Source of the DNA: a virus
Reading direction: 5' to 3' (one strand)
DNA length: 64,000 nt
IMG/VR virus record: IMGVR_UViG_3300030685_000017
Span: 60,608 to 124,607 of that record
Under the pieces are notes generated by a model. The model did not search any database. It saw only the letters and a program-made list of their open reading frames with translations, and was not told the origin of the DNA. Made by a program: the position numbers and the translations under genes. Numbering within the stretch: position 1 is the first letter of the stretch; every line of letters starts with the position of its first letter. Shown piece after piece: positions 58,701-64,000 of the stretch.

Positions 58701-61065
58701 AAGTCATACTACCGGGTTCTATTTGACTTCCATTTATACTTTTTGCATATTTTGTTAATTCTTCTTGTGCGCTTGATTCTCCCTCTAATGTTGTTAAATA
58801 CCCTTTAGAACCCTGCTGTTTATCCAACTTATTAGATAAATCTTGTGTACTAGAACTTGCTTTTTTTTGAGCTTGTGATATTTCATTTAAAGTAGAAATC
58901 CATTGTTTACCATAAGTAACATTTTTTGCTAAATAAATACCAGTATTTTTTTCATCTTCTGTAATACTAGGTAATAAATAATCACTTTTTCCTATACTAG
59001 AAGTTTCTTTACTCGCTGAATTTAAAGCGTTATTTCCAATTGTATTTACAGTAGTAGCTTCACTTTTAGCTTGTGCAATTTCATTCTCTGATTTAATTGT
59101 TTCAATAAGAGTAGCCCAAGCTTTTTTACTTTGTGCTAAAGTTGCAATTACTTTTTTCTGTGAAGTTACAATTTTGTTATCTGCTTCATCTACTTTTTCG
59201 GCAACTTGCACAACATTATCACTAGTATTTTGGTTATTTTGTATAGTATTTCCTACTAAATTTGTGCTATTTTCGGTGTTTTTTCCAGATGAAACTGTAC
59301 TTTCAATTACTGGAGTAGAAGCGACTTCTTCTTTAGTGGTAGTGTTATTAACTGTCTTATTTTCTTTTTTCGCTACAGTATTCTTTTCTACATTTTCTGT
59401 TTCTTTTTGTACTGCTTTAGTTAATACTTCTACTTGAGATGTTTCTTTTTCTGTGCTTATTACATTTTCATTTGAAACACTAGACGAACTTTCTACTTCT
59501 TGTTTAAAACTAGCTAAAGCTTCTTTTGCTATATCGGCTTGAGTCTTAAAACTTTCAAATGCTGAACTATTATTAAAAGATTTTAATTTTGCATCTACCC
59601 ATTCAACAGTAATTCCAGTTTGTTTTAAAGCTTCTTCCGCAAGTTTTATGGTATCTACATCTCCAGAACTTACGGCGTTTTTTAAATTTTTCATAGCAAC
59701 AAATCTATTATTATCTGTTGTATATGTAGATTTCGAAGTGGTAGAAGTAGTTTCTGTTTTATTTGCATTTACATCTGTTAATGTCTTTGCTTTATCTGTG
59801 GTAACTTGTATATTACTTTTTATCTGTTCTACTGTTTGCACAGTATTTTTTAATAATCTATTAGCACGTTCTATATTATTTTCATCTAAGTCAAGATATT
59901 TAGTGATTTCTGTAGTATCACCTTTTAAAAAAGACTCTACTTGTTTTAATTCTTCAAAAGCAGATTTTAATTTAGATACTTGTTCTGGAGTAGACTTATC
60001 TATTGCACCAAGAGTAGTTTGTTTTGCATTTTGAAACCATTCTTCTGTAACTTTAAGTTGCTTTAATTCTTGAACGTAATCTCTAATAGTATCTACATTA
60101 CCATTTATATCTATTGTTCCTTTTTGACCACTTGCAATATTTAATTGTGAAGATAATCCAGATACCGTAGAGTGAATAGCTTCTGTGTTTAATTTTGAAG
60201 ATGTACCTGTAGCAGAAAACTGGGATTGTAATTTTTTTAAATTGCTAATAAGTAAAATAATCTCATTATTAGTTTGTATAATTTCAGCTGACTGACTTTC
60301 ATCTATAATTCTGTTACTTGTAGTACCAGAAGATGAACTTTTTTTATACATAGAAGTAACGCTTTTACTTAAACCTTCTATATTAGTTTTAGCTTTAGCT
60401 ACATCGTTTTCAAAACTTTTTCCGTATAAAGTAGAAACTCCAGAACCATCAGTATATCTATTATCTAATCCCCTACTACCTACTTTTGCTATATTACTAA
60501 TTGATGCATTTACTTGAGATAATTCTGAAAGAGCTTGCTGAATTTTAGCAACAACTTTAGCGGCATCTGTTACATCTTTACCTACATTAGTAGACATCGT
60601 TGTAATTTCAGTTAAAGCTGGAATACCCTTACTTCCATCTCCAATACTTAAAGAATTTAAAGAAGATAATAATTTCTCTTTTGTAGTTAATAAAGATTTT
60701 AATTTTGCTTCTGCTTCATCAATTGATCCGGTAAAACTAGGAGAAATTTTTAGTCCTTTTAATTGTGTACTAATACTATTTGTATCAATAGGAATATTTG
60801 CTTTAATTTTATAATTAGATTTTGTAAAAGTTTCTGCAATTTGTTGTTGTATTCTTTGACGTAATTCTTCTTGATTAAGAGTAATATTAGGAGTAACCTT
60901 TATTTGCTTACTAACACCTTGTCTTACTCCTTCAGCCAAAGCTTTTCCTACATTATCACCTGTAGTTTTACTAGCGGCTTTAGCCTGTGCGTCTAATTCT
61001 TTTGTCGCTTGTAATAATTCTTCTTTCATTTCATTAATAATGCGACCTAAATCTTTATCTGCCAT
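52774..61065 (-). CDS. tail tape measure protein (TP901-type core)
   Basis: 2763 aa, helical, TRQSGSTIGNAWKTI.SR core, TM stretch, C-terminal YATG..E. Confidence 0.9.
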   Translation of the reverse strand: MADKDLGRIINEMKEELLQATKELDAQAKAASKTTGDNVGKALAEGVRQGVSKQIKVTPNITLNQEELRQRIQQQIAETFTKSNYKIKANIPIDTNSISTQLKGLKISPSFTGSIDEAEAKLKSLLTTKEKLLSSLNSLSIGDGSKGIPALTEITTMSTNVGKDVTDAAKVVAKIQQALSELSQVNASISNIAKVGSRGLDNRYTDGSGVSTLYGKSFENDVAKAKTNIEGLSKSVTSMYKKSSSSGTTSNRIIDESQSAEIIQTNNEIILLISNLKKLQSQFSATGTSSKLNTEAIHSTVSGLSSQLNIASGQKGTIDINGNVDTIRDYVQELKQLKVTEEWFQNAKQTTLGAIDKSTPEQVSKLKSAFEELKQVESFLKGDTTEITKYLDLDENNIERANRLLKNTVQTVEQIKSNIQVTTDKAKTLTDVNANKTETTSTTSKSTYTTDNNRFVAMKNLKNAVSSGDVDTIKLAEEALKQTGITVEWVDAKLKSFNNSSAFESFKTQADIAKEALASFKQEVESSSSVSNENVISTEKETSQVEVLTKAVQKETENVEKNTVAKKENKTVNNTTTKEEVASTPVIESTVSSGKNTENSTNLVGNTIQNNQNTSDNVVQVAEKVDEADNKIVTSQKKVIATLAQSKKAWATLIETIKSENEIAQAKSEATTVNTIGNNALNSASKETSSIGKSDYLLPSITEDEKNTGIYLAKNVTYGKQWISTLNEISQAQKKASSSTQDLSNKLDKQQGSKGYLTTLEGESSAQEELTKYAKSINGSQIEPGSMTYSTSTTKAGNSYGTLAYKIQEASGAYKQLKIQADLSTGAVMQGSEKTTVAKTAFEYFSSSLKSHATALTTYMLTFNSFYVAWDVFKKGISTVMDFNQAMTTISLTMNVTKTQIASLTQESINMAKEFGTTADQVTEAAKIYANMGTTVSKVMESVKPTVMLSAASGLDISTISDDIHAVMNEFNLASTDAMHISDVFESTSSNIAMDFSTGITEIAEGVQTAGALVHNAGMSFETFAGIVAKTAEVTRQSGSTIGNAWKTIVSRLSKSGSMEEEVDPDTLSKAAEALHAIGIEVYDSKGNFNNLTDTLDKLSGKWDSLTDSQKADISYQVAGIRNTNQFTVAMQSYAQATQLAAKASESNGITEKNAVKYADSLTGRLNTLKATAQELANDALNQDSLGNVITFFKSLIDLLDKSVKSVGLLATAFGAYGAISTGIKTVQGKGAISTAQTASVLSNLQIGGASILETQKKTYANNTSLEALLTQYTSGTQSAKEFTEAHTELDTTTKGYINTTQKEVVSLDGLQASLDAEKESLISVKLATLAANVAFSLIVTGAVVGATYAITKFASANEEAFSKAEQASATYKTTKDSLTSYKDQIVKLKTALDSGNLSQEETVTTKQQLITIQKDLISTYGSEAQGIDLVNGKLETELTNLNNIKNSKAYNTEQSSKGMSGWQQVGNTVAEGAYNLLSSGRVGYNKQTDNPYKSAYDQMISFEEKSKGITFNAGSDIIKNNLSGIQQINKAVSDTMSGVTVNKDNTLTVLGSSAQDTSDKVKQLQTLLSSLSKKYLNNDVSTQYLTNITSNSQQQISDLSSNISKYNDMYSQHIDYLLSSDEKYKKQYEQIQIDKTNYDTALSKDDLQAQTSTKEKLISDMKSLLNTTSNDSEKQSIQDFLANSYTDISSEIKNWKFDVSFTANTDNLKNNITKLLSSKQGSSITYESALNYTNGNPTGETYTKDQVNTMKSIATYAKAYETSMANVVEYLKNAGALQTDDQKALKDATASSIQLTTKKYVNMSSSEIEKYKKQLDTWSQGGNVNLSNRSEIDGEVLNKAGWKGSQKGDRASIYTSTYGYNEGTKNEVAVNFTPIIEDPKTGKYIGVLSPEELEKYANDVIKGVHPDTLNLKVGATITGKGATDKADSLAEQEHQYIADYASKTKDYTGLGTSAEDWFKSAGINTADDIKKWNDIVKATDSATEAKKKFIAVKFSKDTTAPEDITTNLSKIESYSEAIETLGDAYSDVKDGEGFDFSKILNNKDFTASFGKLDSYKDFIKTISESPDDINKTQKAFDNLTTEYIKSNGVLDNVTDSTKQSTISMLEEAGVANANDLVTESLTANKQALSYQLLACNASVDDMVNGTDNESTSLLNNANMTDLARMKLLDLVTEQTIFSNSSLNTVDKIQALKNLALAYMGTATAAKFNNDVNNNLKTQQGDKTGDQVVEDTWNSLVSKYEASMSGANAKMTTPKSSKSSGGEDEWKKAFETQYNELKHEKAMELITDKQYYDKVGALNDKYFANNKKYLSEYEQYQEEVYTGMVQLYKDMLDKQLAALKENVEQGIITVAQYKSSVLSTLNTMYSSGQLSLTDYWTEAQSYYTEQIDIMNKVATAAENSLQRQIDALNKEKTAVTDAYNVKINALEAEEKALEDANKTRSEEITLEKDEYNLARDQSQRTKGVITSKGMIYEADASAIRDAEDTVANDKYQKKVDDIEASLTALKDELSNATDAIDAQITKLQDYKDQWSKVADQYSEAQDDILASQVLGTNWESDVLAMRTSTLNTFTNNYISMMQAQADAAVAAANAEVTAYEAAKAHTISSTSSVGNKGASYTASSNKATTTTTSTKSSTATTKKTTKKYATGAKKIDEDQTAITQDGGQEIIASPTRNGVLTTLTKGDTVFSANMVQNLWDWAKLNPAKVSTDSTLKTVTPTLSTNLQQLTQQISISLPNITNESGYNNLQKELNRIKLSATQYASKR

Positions 61066-61084
61066 AATACCCTTCCCTTATCAT

Positions 61085-61654
61085 TTAACGATACATCTGT
61101 ATATAATTTTTCATAATAGATTTATGACATGCTTCATTAAAACCATCATCATAAAACTGTTTTATTTGCGTCATTGTATATCTATTTAATTCGTACATTT
61201 GTCCATATAATGTTATTGTACGATTATTTCCCCATCTAACCCAACTAGCATTCTGTGTATGTCTTCTAAAAGCCCCATTATTAATAGAATGTCCTTCATA
61301 ACGTACTCCATATTCGGCTACATTCTTCCATACCCAACTAGTATCTATTCCATCTTTATAACCCGATAATTTTTCTGGTTCAAATTTTACATCAAATTGC
61401 TTTGCGCTCGAAGAACTTTTAATAGCGTTATATAAATTTGTACCACTCATACTTCCCCAAGTTTCTCCATGACGAATATAATAAGAAGGAGAATAAGAAT
61501 TATAATAATATTTAATACAAGTATCAAATACTTTTTCATTTTGTTTCATTTCTTTAGATACAAGTGGAATAGTTCTATCTAATGTATTACACATTTTAGT
61601 ATATCTAGCATATAATTCATTGTGTAATTGTTCATATTCTGAAACTGTACTCAT
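61085..61654 (-). CDS. hypothetical tail-region protein
   Basis: ORF with SD AGGAG, YY.SY.P..Y.R motif. Confidence 0.6.
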   Translation of the reverse strand: MSTVSEYEQLHNELYARYTKMCNTLDRTIPLVSKEMKQNEKVFDTCIKYYYNSYSPSYYIRHGETWGSMSGTNLYNAIKSSSSAKQFDVKFEPEKLSGYKDGIDTSWVWKNVAEYGVRYEGHSINNGAFRRHTQNASWVRWGNNRTITLYGQMYELNRYTMTQIKQFYDDGFNEACHKSIMKNYIQMYR

Positions 61655-61710
61655 ACTTTCTCCTTTCTATATAATAAAAGGACGAGATTTGAACCTCGCC
61701 CTTTCTGTAA

Positions 61711-62232
61711 TTATTTTTTTGTATCCATTTGTTCTACAGCTTTTGCTATAATTGGTGTAACCATTTCTCCAAATTCTACAATTATTTTATTAACTATAGC
61801 ATTTGTAGACATATTATTTGTAATAAAATCATCATAAACCATATTTAATACTGTTTGAAATTCTTCTAATTCTTTCTGATTAGTAGTACTCATAGTACTT
61901 ATGAATGCTTCAATAATACCATTTTCATTTAAAGCATCATATAAATCAACAGGATTTTCATGTTCAAAATCAATATCAATTACTGTATATAAATTAATAA
62001 GATTTAATACATATAACATATACTTAAATGGAGATTTTATTTGAATTTCCGGTGTAGAATTTCCCTCTACATATTTAAAACACGTTGCATTAATAATACG
62101 AGTAGCTATATCAATTTTTTTTAAATAAGGAACATATCCTGTTAAAATAATTTTACGAATTAATGTAGGTTTATCTGTATCCTTTTTGTTAAAAATTGTA
62201 ATAAATTCTTTTACTGTTTTTTTTACTGTCAT
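61711..62232 (-). CDS. probable tail assembly chaperone
   Basis: Upstream of tape measure gene; Y.PY..K, YD.L.E.G motif. Confidence 0.5.
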   Translation of the reverse strand: MTVKKTVKEFITIFNKKDTDKPTLIRKIILTGYVPYLKKIDIATRIINATCFKYVEGNSTPEIQIKSPFKYMLYVLNLINLYTVIDIDFEHENPVDLYDALNENGIIEAFISTMSTTNQKELEEFQTVLNMVYDDFITNNMSTNAIVNKIIVEFGEMVTPIIAKAVEQMDTKK

Positions 62233-62255
62233 TTTAATTCTCCTTTTTATTCAAA

Positions 62256-62717
62256 TCAACTATACATATACATAACTGCTTGTCCTATACATATTGCATC
62301 AGATTCATCTGATCCAGCAGTTAATTCTAAATTTTCTGCAATATAGTCAATAGCTTCTTGTTTTGTTTTACCTATTTTTAATACGTGTCTCCAAGTACTA
62401 GGAGAAACGATAAAGAACGGAATATGATAAATCATACATAATCCAATAAGTGCACCTTGTAATCTTGTTAATTGTTTAAATGATTCTGCATTCATTTGAT
62501 ATTGTGTATCTTCAAAACTTACTGTTAAATTACTCATATATCCTTTAAATAAATCCTTTATAGCATTAAACATTAATTCCATACGTTTGTTTGAATCTTT
62601 TTCTTTATGAAAATCTATTAAACCATGAGTTTTATATTTACCATTTATCCAAATACAATAACCAGTTAGTTTAGTAGCTTGATCAAAAGAAATATGATAG
62701 ACATCTTTTGCTTTCAT
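62256..62717 (-). CDS. RuvC-like Holliday junction resolvase
   Basis: SFDQAT..TG, FED, PSTWR, DESDAICIG. Confidence 0.8.
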   Translation of the reverse strand: MKAKDVYHISFDQATKLTGYCIWINGKYKTHGLIDFHKEKDSNKRMELMFNAIKDLFKGYMSNLTVSFEDTQYQMNAESFKQLTRLQGALIGLCMIYHIPFFIVSPSTWRHVLKIGKTKQEAIDYIAENLELTAGSDESDAICIGQAVMYMYS

Positions 62718-62725
62718 TTTATTTT

Positions 62726-63697
62726 TTATCCTATTTTAAAGCTATTAGCTCGTTCCTTAATTTTACTATTGTCAATTTTGAGATAGAACTTCTTAGTGGT
62801 ATCTGTACTTTCATGATGAAGTAATGTAGATACATCTTCTAAAGACATTCCGGCTTCATTTTTTAATAAAGTAGCATATGAATGTCTAAAATCATGAGGA
62901 TGTAAACTGGGTTCTCCGATCATTATTCCAATAATTTTACACCAACTATCTAAAGTTCCATTTGTTATACAATTCTTCTCATTAGTAGAATTTGTAATAA
63001 ATAACCACCCATAATCTTCTATCTTATTATCAATTCTGTATTGCTTTAATTTTTTTAAATAGTCTACAATTTCATCATTAAGATATAATTCAACTACTTT
63101 ACCTTCTTTTTCTAAAACATCTTTACATATTAAATTGTCTAAATCTATTTGTTCCCATTTTAAATGTGCTATAGCATTAACTCTAGCCATCGTAAATAAA
63201 GAAATAAAAGCATAAACTAATAATTGTAAATCTCCTTTATCTATTAATACTTGACGCATTAATTTTACTTCACTCATTGTTAAATAAGTCTGTTGAGTTA
63301 TTGGTTGACCCGCTTTAGGTCTATCAATAAATTCTGTAGGAGATTCTGTAATCATCTTTTTCTTACGTAAAAATTTATAAAAAGCTGAAATAGAAGACAT
63401 GACTCTTTTTTGTCTATTGGTATTATTACCTTGCTGTTTTCTCCAATAAAAATATTCTTCCAGATCTTCATCTTTCGCTTCTAATACTGATAAATTAAAT
63501 TGTTTATCATACATAAAAATAAACCATTGTATTAAATCAGCATTATATTGTATAATAGAATTAAGAGATAATTCACGTATAGACATATCTATTTGATATT
63601 TTTCAAAATATTTTAACGTTTCAGGATTAATTTGTTTTCTTTTTTCAGGATCAGATAATGAAATCCTTTTACTTCGTTCTGCCATATTACCTTCCAT
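62726..63697 (-). CDS. tyrosine recombinase family protein
   Basis: TMARVNA, EK, HPHDFRHS, LHH, FY. Confidence 0.85.
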   Translation of the reverse strand: MEGNMAERSKRISLSDPEKRKQINPETLKYFEKYQIDMSIRELSLNSIIQYNADLIQWFIFMYDKQFNLSVLEAKDEDLEEYFYWRKQQGNNTNRQKRVMSSISAFYKFLRKKKMITESPTEFIDRPKAGQPITQQTYLTMSEVKLMRQVLIDKGDLQLLVYAFISLFTMARVNAIAHLKWEQIDLDNLICKDVLEKEGKVVELYLNDEIVDYLKKLKQYRIDNKIEDYGWLFITNSTNEKNCITNGTLDSWCKIIGIMIGEPSLHPHDFRHSYATLLKNEAGMSLEDVSTLLHHESTDTTKKFYLKIDNSKIKERANSFKIG

Positions 63698-63741
63698 TCA
63701 AAAGAGGAAGAAACAATATTTAATTTCTTCCTCAAATTTTA

Positions 63742-63951
63742 CTATAAAATTAAATATTCATATTCATCTGTAATACTATCTATATAATCATAACAATAGA
63801 TATAAAAATCTTTCTTCTGATTATACTTTAATATTTTAGAATTACAATCATAAGATATAAATATAGTGTCGGAACTATAATTTACATATTCTTTTAAAAT
63901 ATCATTATATAAACAAGTAATTGTTACTTCTTTTTCTCCATCAAATACCAT
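63742..63951 (-). CDS. hypothetical protein (possibly truncated by window edge)
   Basis: ORF track; frame may extend beyond 64000. Confidence 0.45.
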   Translation of the reverse strand: MVFDGEKEVTITCLYNDILKEYVNYSSDTIFISYDCNSKILKYNQKKDFYIYCYDYIDSITDEYEYLIL

Positions 63952-64000
63952 AATATATTCATTATCAGTAATTTTTCCATTAACTATTTCTATGTCTACA

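Noticed and set aside
53711-60034. Several + strand ORFs inside the tape measure gene, and - strand ORFs inside nrdJ, the helicase and tRNA-Leu
   Set aside because: Antisense shadows of real genes, without RBS or recognisable motifs.

Overview
AT-rich segment of a large temperate-type siphovirus (or prophage) of a Firmicutes host. The replication-gene order and multiple tyrosine recombinases resemble SPbeta-like phages. 1-40.9 kb is on the + strand: a dense accessory region of small ORFs (1-19.8 kb) with tRNA-Leu, a radical SAM gene, a broken rtcB, thyX-like, exonuclease, integrase-family and cysteine desulfurase genes. Then comes a replication/nucleotide block: SSB-like, AAA ATPase, DnaB-like helicase, primase, PD-(D/E)XK nuclease, DnaE, intein-containing RecD2, kinase, intein-containing class II RNR and dUTPase. 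40.9-64 kb is on the - strand: lysis genes, a tyrosine recombinase next to an invertible tail-fibre tip cassette, tail/baseplate genes, a 2763-aa tape measure protein, a RuvC-like resolvase and a third tyrosine recombinase. Most notable observations: (1) about 16 small proteins from four apparently distinct families share a C-terminal peptide tag F-x-T-F-K-[ED]-[RK]; (2) a promoter-to-terminator non-coding RNA cluster (26.55-27.46 kb) contains anticodon-less tRNA-like elements and a ~185-nt rod-shaped RNA; (3) a two-state tail-fibre inversion switch; (4) a second C-terminal motif (R-K/I-x-x-(x)-F/W) on four replication proteins; (5) a possible chemoreceptor-tip mimic. All annotations were made by eye from motifs; no searches or folding programs were run.
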